Of a DNA stretch of 32,000 nt, positions 7,365 to 16,336 are shown one piece after another (the stretch's first letter is position 1; each line of letters opens with the position of its first letter). This DNA comes from Cuniculiplasma divulgatum. Lineage in GTDB: Archaea > Thermoplasmatota > Thermoplasmata > Thermoplasmatales > Thermoplasmataceae. The stretch lies in contig NZ_LT671858.1 of the NCBI RefSeq assembly GCF_900083515.1, positions 810,001 through 842,000 on the forward strand. The letters are read 5' to 3'. A program made the position numbers and the translations under genes. The notes below the pieces were generated by a model. It was given only the letters and a program-made list of their open reading frames with translations, did no database searches and was not told the DNA's origin.

Positions 7365-9224
7365 TTAATATAAAGTGAACTTTAACTCATGTTCGATTTT
7401 CCCGTAATTTTTGGAAACTCTATTCAATCTTACTGCCGCTCTGACCATGCCAAGGTGACTCAACGCCTGTGGAAAATTGCCAAGCAATTCGCCTGTTTTT
7501 AAATCAATTTCTTCTGACATTAGACCAAGATGATTGGAATGTGAGACAATTTTGCCCAGGACTTCCCTCGCTTTTTTAACTTTTCCAGTTACTATAAGGT
7601 CTTCTACATACCAGTAGGATAAAAGAACAAACGCGTTATCATCTGAAACAAAATTGTCCTTGTCATTATACCTTTTGAAAAGGTACCCGTCCACCATTAG
7701 ATCGGTCTCAATCTTCTTTATCGTTCCAAGAATATATGGATGATCAGGTGGTAAGAATCCTAGAAGGGGCATTCTTAAAAGAGATGCATCAGTACTTTCA
7801 GAGCCATAGAACTGCATAAAGGAGTTATGCTTTTCACTATATGCGTTTTCCATTACATCCTTTTTTATTAGATCGGCCTGAAGTTTCCAGTCAGAAATTG
7901 GTGCTGAAAGCTCCAATTTTTTGGACATTTCAATACCTCTTTGAAACGCTGACCATGCAATAACTTTTGAATAAGTATAATTTAATGGTTCTGATCTGAA
8001 TTCCCAGATGCTGGAATCTCCATATTTCCATATCTCGGTTAACTTTGAAAGTATATTCCTCACAAAATCCCATAAGTATGTATTAATAGTTCCTTCATTC
8101 TTAGAGACATGGTATATGGCATTTATGAGGCTACCATATTCGTCAATTTGTAACTGGCTCGCAGCCAGATTTCCTACCCTTACAGGAGATGATTTCCTAT
8201 AACCTTCATAGTTGATAAGTTTCTCTTCAAGATTCTGGTATTCGTTTATTGTGTATATTGTCTTGAGGTGACCCTCCATTTTTACCCTTTCCATTACATC
8301 ATAAAGAAACTTTACCGATTCATTTTTATAACCAAGCATTGAAAGTGATTCTATAACATATGCCACATCTCTAACCCAGCAGAATCTGTAATCATAATTT
8401 CTGTCTCCGCCGATAGCCTCGGGTAAGCTTGTTGTAGGGGCAGCGACCATCAATCCAGTCGGTTCATATATCAAACCTTTTAGAACCAGAGCAGATCTCA
8501 CTACTTCATGATTGTATATAAGTGGAAAATTTCCTTCAGATACCCACTCCTTCTGAAATTTTGCGGTTTGCTCCATTAGATCAAATGACTTAAAATCGCT
8601 TGTTTTTTGTACATGCTGCATACCATAAAAAACAATGATCCATCCACTCCCATTCTTATTCGTTTTAAAATTTGCAGCAATCTTGTTACCATATACCTTG
8701 AAGTTAAAATCTGAAGATACCCCAACATATTCATCCTTGTATTTGAATATATATCCGTTTTTGTGTTTAACCACGTCTTCAGGTAAATTACCGAAGTGGA
8801 ACGAGAGTTTTATCTCAGAACGAATTTCCACACCTTCAACAGGGGTTTCGACATATCTATGAATCTCCGGGAAATTAATCGTACTGTATTTTGAGGTTGG
8901 AATGAAATCTGTAACTCTAAGTATTACCTGATTTTTTTTCTTAAATTCTGTTACAAGTATGTTTGTATTATCAATGTAATACTGGCTGGATTCAACATTC
9001 TGAAAATCAACAGGCTGAATTGAAAAACTGCCTCCTTTTTTACTGTCAAGGATCGAATCAAATATAGGGTCGGAGTTAAAATTCGGAAGACATGCCCAGT
9101 CAATTGTTCCATTCATTCCTACCAGGGCAGAAGTTCTGTTGCTTGCAATTATTCCGTGGTGTGAAATTTTGAGATATTCCTCAGCATTTAGTTCAGAAAG
9201 TAAGATGGATCTGCGTGATGGCAT
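7365..9224 (-). CDS. Glycoside hydrolase family 15 (archaeal glucoamylase/trehalase type)
   Basis: GH15 blocks are present: GIIASNRTSALVGMNGTIDWACLPNFNSDPIF, AAPTTSLPEAIGGDRNYDYRFCWVRDVAY, SIWEFRSEP, and SEEIDLKTGELLGNFPQALSHLGMV. The track start at 9239 is TTG. The in-frame ATG at 9224 (MPSRRS...) is the preferred start. Confidence 0.9.
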   Translation of the reverse strand: MPSRRSILLSELNAEEYLKISHHGIIASNRTSALVGMNGTIDWACLPNFNSDPIFDSILDSKKGGSFSIQPVDFQNVESSQYYIDNTNILVTEFKKKNQVILRVTDFIPTSKYSTINFPEIHRYVETPVEGVEIRSEIKLSFHFGNLPEDVVKHKNGYIFKYKDEYVGVSSDFNFKVYGNKIAANFKTNKNGSGWIIVFYGMQHVQKTSDFKSFDLMEQTAKFQKEWVSEGNFPLIYNHEVVRSALVLKGLIYEPTGLMVAAPTTSLPEAIGGDRNYDYRFCWVRDVAYVIESLSMLGYKNESVKFLYDVMERVKMEGHLKTIYTINEYQNLEEKLINYEGYRKSSPVRVGNLAASQLQIDEYGSLINAIYHVSKNEGTINTYLWDFVRNILSKLTEIWKYGDSSIWEFRSEPLNYTYSKVIAWSAFQRGIEMSKKLELSAPISDWKLQADLIKKDVMENAYSEKHNSFMQFYGSESTDASLLRMPLLGFLPPDHPYILGTIKKIETDLMVDGYLFKRYNDKDNFVSDDNAFVLLSYWYVEDLIVTGKVKKAREVLGKIVSHSNHLGLMSEEIDLKTGELLGNFPQALSHLGMVRAAVRLNRVSKNYGKIEHELKFTLY

Positions 9225-9440
9225 TAATGCCCAATACAATAAAATATAAATTTTTTGTTTTAATGTTCTCTATTTTTGAAAATATATAATAGAATGCCGA
9301 AAGGGTTGGGTAGCAATAAATAAACTTCTGTTAATGGTAGAACTTATCAATGTTTAAGGAGTTAAATCACAACGCAGATATTAACTCCAATAAAAAACAG
9401 TTATTAATGGAAAAAGTCAACTATTTACGAATTAATTAGT

Positions 9441-11006
9441 CTATTGGCTTTTTTTCTCCAATTCCACTAATTTTTCTTCTTCAACCAGATTTACGGACTT
9501 ACCGGCACGGGCTGCAACTTCCGGCTTTAATTTTACTGTTCTGATTGCATAAAAGATGGCAAATACAAGATAGGCAGAAGCTCCTATTACAGCCTCAGTA
9601 ATTGGAAATACAGGGGGTATTATAGATTCATACAATACCCATAGAAATATTACAGTTGCAATTATGGGTAAGACATAGTGCTCTGTGATATGTACTACTA
9701 TGTAAATTCCATGGTGCTTTTCCTTCAGTCTGATGAATAAGGTCATTACGCTTGTATTTAGCAGAATGTGAGTTATGATGAGCCCAAATAGGGCAAGAGT
9801 TGTAAGAAAGTCAAAACTATTCCCTAGAGAAGAGGATACTACTAAACTTGATGACATATTTGTTAATAAGGAAACAAATGTATGCCCCATCAACCCATTA
9901 ATTAACATAGTTCCACCAATTGCAAGAATGGATGCCATCGTACCAATAAACAATAATGCTTTGTGAGGTGTAACGTATTTTTCGTGTAATTCTGCAAAGT
10001 AATGTGGGAGCACTCCATCCCGTCCCATTGCAAAATAAACCCTGCCTGCATTGGATTGCATTGCGACAGAATCCGAAAAAGCTGAGTTGAAAGCCACAAG
10101 GGAAAGCATGACTCCACCTGCTACACCTGTATAAGCTGTTGCAACTATTATACCAGGGATGTTAGCCTGAGCAAATGATGACATAAGAGAAACGCCCCAT
10201 CCAACAGTTAAAGCATAAGCAACCTCGGTTAAAACAACTCCAACTATTATAAGACCAAAGACTAAACTTTTAGTTATCGCTCTACTGTTCACTGCCTCTT
10301 CTCCAAGTGGTGCAGAACCTCCGTAGCCAATAAAACTCGTCAAACCAAATATCATTCCAAGTCCAAGACCACTTAGCGGCCCCCCTACCTTATTAAAAAT
10401 TTGGGATTTTGTAAAAGGGTCAAAAACTGCAAGCGTATTGTCCTTTGCCTCAATTATTATAATTGCTGATAGTACTCCCAGAAATATAACTTCAAAAAAG
10501 GCAGCTATCCTTACATATTTCATCTGTGGCCTTATTCCAAAAATGGATAAAGCTATAGGAGCCAGGATAAATAGGAGAATGAATGGAATCCATATCCAAC
10601 CAGGTAGTGACATTCCAAGGAAATAGGATAGAACTCCTGGGAGTACAACGCCCCCAACATATACCGGTATAGCCGCTGTACTTGCTATCTGATACATAAC
10701 ATATAGCAATCCGCTCGTTATGGCTGGTGTTGGACCAAATGCTGTTCCTATATATCCATAATATCCACCAGCGCTTGCATGTCTTGTCGACAAGTGATAG
10801 AGAGTATTAACTTCGAGAAACATGGTTAGGGTTGCAATGAGGAAGGCAAGTGGAGTTAAAAAAAATGCAAAAGCTGCAGCAGATGTAATGAACGCAACTG
10901 TATCACATGCTGGCGCCATAGCTGCAATTTCCTCAGCAATAGCACCCCAGACACCTACCTGATTTTTCATCAATCTATTTGGGTTTTTTCCAGAATCCAT
11001 ATTCAA
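9441..11006 (-). CDS. APC-superfamily amino acid permease
   Basis: 521-aa polytopic membrane ORF with about 12 TM segments and APC-like N-terminal and central blocks (VGVWGAIAEEIAAMAP...; GYGGSAPLGEEAVNSRAITKS). It sits 72 bp downstream of the DtxR-like gene on the same strand. Confidence 0.85.
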   Translation of the reverse strand: MNMDSGKNPNRLMKNQVGVWGAIAEEIAAMAPACDTVAFITSAAAFAFFLTPLAFLIATLTMFLEVNTLYHLSTRHASAGGYYGYIGTAFGPTPAITSGLLYVMYQIASTAAIPVYVGGVVLPGVLSYFLGMSLPGWIWIPFILLFILAPIALSIFGIRPQMKYVRIAAFFEVIFLGVLSAIIIIEAKDNTLAVFDPFTKSQIFNKVGGPLSGLGLGMIFGLTSFIGYGGSAPLGEEAVNSRAITKSLVFGLIIVGVVLTEVAYALTVGWGVSLMSSFAQANIPGIIVATAYTGVAGGVMLSLVAFNSAFSDSVAMQSNAGRVYFAMGRDGVLPHYFAELHEKYVTPHKALLFIGTMASILAIGGTMLINGLMGHTFVSLLTNMSSSLVVSSSLGNSFDFLTTLALFGLIITHILLNTSVMTLFIRLKEKHHGIYIVVHITEHYVLPIIATVIFLWVLYESIIPPVFPITEAVIGASAYLVFAIFYAIRTVKLKPEVAARAGKSVNLVEEEKLVELEKKSQ

Positions 11007-11030
11007 TCAACTTAGTATTAGGTTAATGCA

Positions 11031-11047
11031 ATTAGTATTATACTAAT
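11031..11047. promoter_or_regulatory. 17-bp perfect palindrome ATTAGTAT-T-ATACTAAT upstream of the APC permease gene (candidate operator)
   Basis: Read directly: the arms are at 11031-11038 and 11040-11047. It lies 25-41 nt upstream of the permease ATG (11006, minus strand) and 32 nt downstream of the DtxR-like stop. A partial direct copy, TTAGTATTA, occurs at 11012-11020. Confidence 0.35.
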
Positions 11048-11078
11048 GTATTTAAAAATTACTATACGAGTCACATTT

Positions 11079-11495
11079 CTAATCGTGTATCTGTTCTATG
11101 GTTCTTCCATGTGGACATTTTCCGGGTTTTCCGAGCTTTAGAAACATTGTGTCAATCGAATCATGGTCCACCAGATAATCTATTTGTTCTGAAATTAAGC
11201 ACGCACGATCGATATCCATACCATAAGTAACCATAAGCGTCTCGATTATTCTGTGGTTTTCCTCTATTTCGTGATAAAAAGATTTTCCCTTATTAGTTAA
11301 ATGAATCATTCCTTTTACATGGAGTACAAGTTTTTTCCCCTCGAGTCTCTTAATAAGATTTAATGTTGTTGGTGGTCTAACGTTTAACATATCTGACAAA
11401 TCTATAAGTCTCAGTGGGAATTCATCTACTTCATGATCCCCGATTGTAATCAGGCAGTCCCGTTCTTTCTTTGTTAGAAGTTTAAGGTTATTCAT
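11079..11495 (-). CDS. DtxR/MntR-family metal-dependent transcriptional regulator
   Basis: 138 aa. It has an N-terminal wHTH (LRLIDLSDMLNVRPPTTLNLIKRLEGKKLV) followed by a metal-binding/dimerisation helix region (HEIEENHRIIETLMV...DRACLISEQIDYLVDHD...CPHG). Size and order match iron/manganese-dependent repressors. Confidence 0.8.
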   Translation of the reverse strand: MNNLKLLTKKERDCLITIGDHEVDEFPLRLIDLSDMLNVRPPTTLNLIKRLEGKKLVLHVKGMIHLTNKGKSFYHEIEENHRIIETLMVTYGMDIDRACLISEQIDYLVDHDSIDTMFLKLGKPGKCPHGRTIEQIHD

Positions 11496-11575
11496 TTAGT
11501 AGATACCTAATTAAATTCGCATTATAATAGTTTTTCTTTGAAGGCCAACAAAGGTTTTATTAAAACTTACGATTA

Positions 11576-12397
11576 ATGGTTATGGAATCTAAAGTACTAA
11601 TTTCTGTAAAAGAGCTGAAACAAATTCTTAATAAAGTTACACTTCTAGATTGCAGATACAGACTTACAGAACCAGATTATGGATTTAATGAATTTGTTAA
11701 GTCTCACATTCCAGGAGCATTTTTTATGGATCTTAATAGTCATCTCGCATCTGAAGTTAAATTAACTGGAGGTAGACATCCACTTCCGGACATTGATATT
11801 TTAAAAACAAGACTGGAGGAGGTAGGTATTACAAACGATACCAGTATTGTATGTTATGATGATAATTTATCTGGAGCTGGCAGATGCTGGTTTTTATTAA
11901 AATATATGGGTATTTTAAACGTAAGGGTTCTTAACGGAGGCTTTGATGAATGGAATAAATTTGGATTAGTTGTCGAGTCTGGTCCAGAACGAAAAGTTCC
12001 ACCGGGCCATATTGATGTAAAATTAAATTCAGATTTGATTGCAACACATGAAGACATATTGAACCAATCAAATAAACATAAAATAATCGATGCACGTGAA
12101 ACATACAGATATGAAGGAAGAAAAGAACCAATTGATAAAATCGCTGGCAGGATTCCTGGTGCTATTAATATACCATACACAGAACTGATGAATGGCACTG
12201 TTATGAAGAGAAAAGATGAACTAAAAAAACTATTGAACGGTTTACAGGATGGAGACATTTTATACTGTGGCTCTGGAGTCACATCATGTGTAAATTTTCT
12301 GGCAATGGAATATATAGGTATAAGACCAAAGCTATACGTTGGAAGTTACAGTGACTGGATAAGCAGGGATCTTGATGTAGAAAGAGACCAAGATTAA
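11576..12397 (+). CDS. Two-domain rhodanese sulfurtransferase, 3-mercaptopyruvate sulfurtransferase-like active site
   Basis: 273 aa with tandem rhodanese domains. The catalytic loop in the C-terminal domain reads CGSGVTSC. The CG[ST]GVT loop is characteristic of mercaptopyruvate sulfurtransferases, whereas thiosulfate sulfurtransferases have CRKGVT. Confidence 0.85.
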   Translation: MVMESKVLISVKELKQILNKVTLLDCRYRLTEPDYGFNEFVKSHIPGAFFMDLNSHLASEVKLTGGRHPLPDIDILKTRLEEVGITNDTSIVCYDDNLSGAGRCWFLLKYMGILNVRVLNGGFDEWNKFGLVVESGPERKVPPGHIDVKLNSDLIATHEDILNQSNKHKIIDARETYRYEGRKEPIDKIAGRIPGAINIPYTELMNGTVMKRKDELKKLLNGLQDGDILYCGSGVTSCVNFLAMEYIGIRPKLYVGSYSDWISRDLDVERDQD

Positions 12398-12480
12398 GTT
12401 ATTAAAGCATGTTCCATAATTTGTATTATTAAGTATTGCAAAGCATATTAACAAAATTGCAATATTGACATTAGATAACG

Positions 12481-13647
12481 ATGAAAAACATTTATATTAT
12501 TTCTGCAAAGAGAACGCCTCACGGAAAATTTGGAAAATCTCTTTCAGGCATTAGTGCAACCAAACTTGGTGGGATAGCAATAAGAGGAGCACTGGAATCA
12601 TCTCAAATAGATCAGGAATTGGTAGATGAGGTGATATTTGGAAATGTAATTCAGGCAGGAAATGGACAAAACCCAGCCGGTCAATGTAGTACACATGGTG
12701 GCATAAGATCGGAAGTTACGAAAAATACTGTTAATGTTGTATGTGCATCAGGGATGCTGGCAATGGAAAATGCATACAGGGAGATAGCTTTAGGAGAAAG
12801 AGATGTGGTTGTTGCAGGAGGTACAGAAAGTATGAGCAGAGGACCATACCTGCTATCGAGTAATTTCAGGTACGGTGTAAAAAACATGTTTTCTACACGG
12901 GAAACCCTCACAGATTCCATGTACAATGACGGTTTAATGGACGCATTTTACCAGAATTCAATGGGGTTTTACGCTGATAAAACTTCAAATAAATTTAATC
13001 AGACCAGGGATATGGTTGATGACTATGCATTTCAGAGTTATACGAGAGCCATGAAAGCCACAAGAATGGGTTATTTCAAAGATGAAATTATCCCAATGGA
13101 TGTATTAAATTTTGATGAGGGAATTAGGGAAACAAGCATAGAAACTCTTTCAAGGCTTAAGCCTTCCTTTAGCGACAATGGAATTCACACCGCGGGAAAT
13201 TCATCGCAAATTTCTGATGGAGCATCGGCGCTGGTTTTAGCTTCAGAAAAAGCCGTAGACCAGTACGACCTCAAGCCCATTGGAAAGATAAATGGATTCT
13301 GGTCATCAAGTATGGACCCTAGGGATTATATTGAAGCACCCATAAAATCAACCAGGGAAATGCTTCAGAAATACAACTGGAATATAAACGAATTCGACCT
13401 TGTTGAGCACAATGAGGCATTTTCAGGAGGATGTATTCTTTTAAGGGATCAGCTGGGTATTGATAATGACAGATTCAATGTGAATGGAGGGGCTATCGCT
13501 TTTGGTCATCCTCTGGGGAGCAGTGGTTCCAGAATAGTGGTAACATTACTTCATGCCTTGCGACAGAGAAAAATGAATAAAGGTATTGCTACCTTATGTC
13601 ATGGGGGAGGAGGAGGTCATTCTATGGCAATAGAGGTGGTTAATTGA
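12481..13647 (+). CDS. Acetyl-CoA C-acetyltransferase (bacterial-type thiolase II)
   Basis: 388 aa. It has the nucleophile Cys block VNVVCASGMLAM, NVNGGAIAFGHPLGSSGSRI (catalytic His) and a C-terminal LCHGGGGGHSMAIE (catalytic Cys). Confidence 0.92.
   Translation: MKNIYIISAKRTPHGKFGKSLSGISATKLGGIAIRGALESSQIDQELVDEVIFGNVIQAGNGQNPAGQCSTHGGIRSEVTKNTVNVVCASGMLAMENAYREIALGERDVVVAGGTESMSRGPYLLSSNFRYGVKNMFSTRETLTDSMYNDGLMDAFYQNSMGFYADKTSNKFNQTRDMVDDYAFQSYTRAMKATRMGYFKDEIIPMDVLNFDEGIRETSIETLSRLKPSFSDNGIHTAGNSSQISDGASALVLASEKAVDQYDLKPIGKINGFWSSSMDPRDYIEAPIKSTREMLQKYNWNINEFDLVEHNEAFSGGCILLRDQLGIDNDRFNVNGGAIAFGHPLGSSGSRIVVTLLHALRQRKMNKGIATLCHGGGGGHSMAIEVVN
13633..13639 (+). promoter_or_regulatory. Shine-Dalgarno-like motif GAGGTGG for hbd
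   Basis: GAGGTGG lies 4 nt upstream of the TTG start at 13644. Confidence 0.45.
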
Positions 13648-14492
13648 AGTTTTCTGTTGTTGGTTCGGGAACCATGGGTCGTGGAATAGGACAAATTTTT
13701 GCACAAAGTGGCTACAATGTTGTTCAGGTAGATGTAAGCAAACAGGCTCTTGACAATGCAAGGGTTGCAATTATTGATTCACTGAATAAGCTTGAAAGGA
13801 AAGGATCACTTAAAGATACACCCGATCGGATAATTTCAAGAATGGAATTCACGGATAATATGGATTCCATTAGTGAAAGTGACATGGTTATAGAAGCGGT
13901 GTTTGAGAGATTAGATATTAAGACTGAAACACTGAAAAGAATTGGAGCAACAGTTGGCAAAAATACAATTATAGGGTCAAACACCTCATCCATATCTATA
14001 AATTTACTATCGGCATATGTTGATAATCCTGAAAGATTCATGGGGATTCATTTTTTTAATCCAGTACCTGTTATGAAGTTAGTGGAACTTGTATCCGGTG
14101 AAAAAACTTCATCAGATTTGATGAAGAAAGTGTATGAATTACTTGTAACAATTGGCAAGGATCCAGTAACGGTGAGAGATTTTCCAGGGTTTGTTTCAAA
14201 CAGGGTACTGATGCCATTAATAAGAGAAGCAATACTTGCTTTTGAAGAATCTGTTGCAAGTGCTTCGGATATAGATAAAACATTTAGACTTGGTATGAAT
14301 CATCCAATGGGCCCACTGGAACTGGCAGATTTCATAGGTCTGGATGTATGCCAGGATATCATGGAAGTATTATATACCAACTACGGAGACCCAAGATTCA
14401 AACCACCCATCACCCTTAGAAATCTGGTGAATTCAAAAAAGCTTGGCCGGAAGACTGGTGAGGGTTTTTATAAATATGAGGTAAAAAAATGA
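13644..14492 (+). CDS. hbd: 3-hydroxybutyryl-CoA dehydrogenase
   Basis: 282 aa. The Rossmann motif VVGSGTMGRGIGQIF sits at the extreme N-terminus, and HFFNPVPVMKLVELV and the C-terminal MGPLELADFIGLDV blocks of the 3-hydroxyacyl-CoA dehydrogenase family are present. The only possible start upstream of the GxGxxG is TTG at 13644, which overlaps the thiolase stop as TTGA. GAGGTGG lies at 13633-13639. Confidence 0.92.
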   Translation: MKFSVVGSGTMGRGIGQIFAQSGYNVVQVDVSKQALDNARVAIIDSLNKLERKGSLKDTPDRIISRMEFTDNMDSISESDMVIEAVFERLDIKTETLKRIGATVGKNTIIGSNTSSISINLLSAYVDNPERFMGIHFFNPVPVMKLVELVSGEKTSSDLMKKVYELLVTIGKDPVTVRDFPGFVSNRVLMPLIREAILAFEESVASASDIDKTFRLGMNHPMGPLELADFIGLDVCQDIMEVLYTNYGDPRFKPPITLRNLVNSKKLGRKTGEGFYKYEVKK

Positions 14493-15250
14493 AAAATATA
14501 ATGGTTGAAAAGGAAGGAAGATTGCTGAAAATATTCATAAATAGAGAAAAGAAATTAAATCCACTTGATATTGAAACAATAGAAGAGATTGGAGAAGCCC
14601 TCAAAGATGAAAAATATATAGGAATTATATCAGGGATGAATAAAGCTTTCAGCGCCGGTGCAGATATTAATGTTTTTTTGAACCTTGATCCTGTTACAGC
14701 TTTCGATTTTTCAAAACGTGGTCACCAGGTCATGGATTTCATAGAAGAAAGGCAAATGCCAGTTATAGCAGCAATACATGGGTTTGCTCTGGGAGGGGGA
14801 TTTGAACTTGCGCTTGCATGCGATATAAGAATTGCTCATCCAGACACCTATTTCGGATTACCAGAAGTTACCCTGGGAATTATACCGGGATTTGGAGGAA
14901 CTCAAAGACTCAGGAATCTTGTGGGCGATAAGATGGCATTCCAGCTTGCTTCGCTTGGAACAAAAGTTGATTCAAACAGGGCACTCAATCTTGGAATTAT
15001 TAGTGAAATAAACGAGAAATACATGGAAAAAGCCATTGAAATAGGCAAGCAGTATGAAGCGCTGCCATATGAGTCACTTGCATACATAAAGGAGCTTACA
15101 AGAGGTAAGAATAGAGATTTATTTGACAGGGAAAAAGAATATTTCGGAAATATGTTCAAAACAGAAAATCAAAGAGAAGGTGCCAGGGCATTTATTGAAA
15201 AAAGGAAGGCAAATTTCAACACAAAAATAAATAATAGCCTATTTGAATGA
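14489..15250 (+). CDS. Enoyl-CoA hydratase (crotonase family)
   Basis: 253 aa. Crotonase blocks AFSAGADI, HGFALGGGFELALACDIRIA and GLPEVTLGIIPGFGGTQRL are present, with both catalytic Glu residues. The start overlaps the hbd stop as ATGA, and GAGGT lies at 14478-14482. Confidence 0.9.
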   Translation: MKNIMVEKEGRLLKIFINREKKLNPLDIETIEEIGEALKDEKYIGIISGMNKAFSAGADINVFLNLDPVTAFDFSKRGHQVMDFIEERQMPVIAAIHGFALGGGFELALACDIRIAHPDTYFGLPEVTLGIIPGFGGTQRLRNLVGDKMAFQLASLGTKVDSNRALNLGIISEINEKYMEKAIEIGKQYEALPYESLAYIKELTRGKNRDLFDREKEYFGNMFKTENQREGARAFIEKRKANFNTKINNSLFE

Positions 15251-16249
15251 AATAAATCCATCTCTCATTTCTCTAACAGTTGTACTTAGATCCTCAATTT
15301 CCATCCCTGTCAATATGCCACTATTGTGGTAGAATTCACTGTATTTTACGCCACTGTCAGGAAAAACAGTATATACATTTATATTCTCTCTAGATTCTGC
15401 AATCTTCAGCGCGCCCATAAAATTTGCACCAGAAGAAAATCCAACAAAAATTCCAAGTTCTCTGGCCAGTTTTTGAACACCATCACTGGCATCTCGCTCA
15501 TTAACATTTATCATTTTATCTACCAGAGATATGTTCTTTTCTATGATTGTCTTATCTTTTGCCTTTAGAAAATTCCTTATTCCCTGAATATACGATGTTT
15601 GATCTGACTGAAGCATATAAACTGTTATGGTTGGGCTTCTTCCCTTAAAATATTTAGCGTTCCCAATTATTGATCCTCCTGTTCCCATTGCAATAGCAAC
15701 GGCATCTGGCAATTTGCCCATCTGCTTTTCAGATTCAGGGGCAGTAGTATAAACATGAGATAGATAATTGAACTCGTTTCCATGCTGATGGAGGCAAACA
15801 TAAGTCTCTGGTTGTTTCATCGCAATATCAATTGCAGAATTTATAGCAGTCTCAGTGCTGGTAGTATCTTTTGGTTCATTTGTTTCGATGACAGTTGCTC
15901 CAGATTTAATTAATTCTTTCTTTGTCTCTTCAGAAGTCCCTGGAGGAATAAAAAGCATGGACTTAATCCCAAGTTTCCTGCAGATATTCCCTATGGCGAT
16001 TCCTGTATTGCCGGACGTCCCTTCTACAATGATCTTGTTTTTAATAGAGTCATCTGTATGAATCAGATGGTCGATCATGAAAAAAGCTCCCCTATCCTTA
16101 ATAGAGCCAAATGGATTGAAATACTCAAGTTTAGAATAAACTGCGGAACCATTAGGCGTTTCATACTTTAGCATAGGAGTATTACCAAAACCCTGACTGT
16201 AAAAGTCATTTGTGATTGTTCTGCACAGTTTTTCCTTATCTTCGCTCAT
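15239..16249 (-). CDS. PLP-dependent cysteine synthase family enzyme (CysK/CysM/O-phosphoserine sulfhydrylase-like)
   Basis: 336 aa. It has the PLP-lysine block FNPFGSIKDRGAFFMI, GTSGNTGIAIG, the Gly-rich phosphate loop AMGTGGSIIGNAKYF, and FSSGANFMGAL. Its 3' end overlaps the convergent crotonase gene by 12 nt. Confidence 0.85.
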   Translation of the reverse strand: MSEDKEKLCRTITNDFYSQGFGNTPMLKYETPNGSAVYSKLEYFNPFGSIKDRGAFFMIDHLIHTDDSIKNKIIVEGTSGNTGIAIGNICRKLGIKSMLFIPPGTSEETKKELIKSGATVIETNEPKDTTSTETAINSAIDIAMKQPETYVCLHQHGNEFNYLSHVYTTAPESEKQMGKLPDAVAIAMGTGGSIIGNAKYFKGRSPTITVYMLQSDQTSYIQGIRNFLKAKDKTIIEKNISLVDKMINVNERDASDGVQKLARELGIFVGFSSGANFMGALKIAESRENINVYTVFPDSGVKYSEFYHNSGILTGMEIEDLSTTVREMRDGFISFK

Positions 16250-16336
16250 AATTCCCCATGTAATTTTTCGATATTATTGTTTCCTGAATTTATCAGTAAC
16301 ATATGAATAGTTATTTTCAATGAGAGTAAGATTAAT

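Noticed and set aside
11854-12282. 142-aa minus-strand ORF (and a nested 66-aa ORF at 11931-12131)
   Set aside because: It is antisense to the rhodanese gene, which has a clear catalytic loop and domain structure. I treat it as a shadow ORF.
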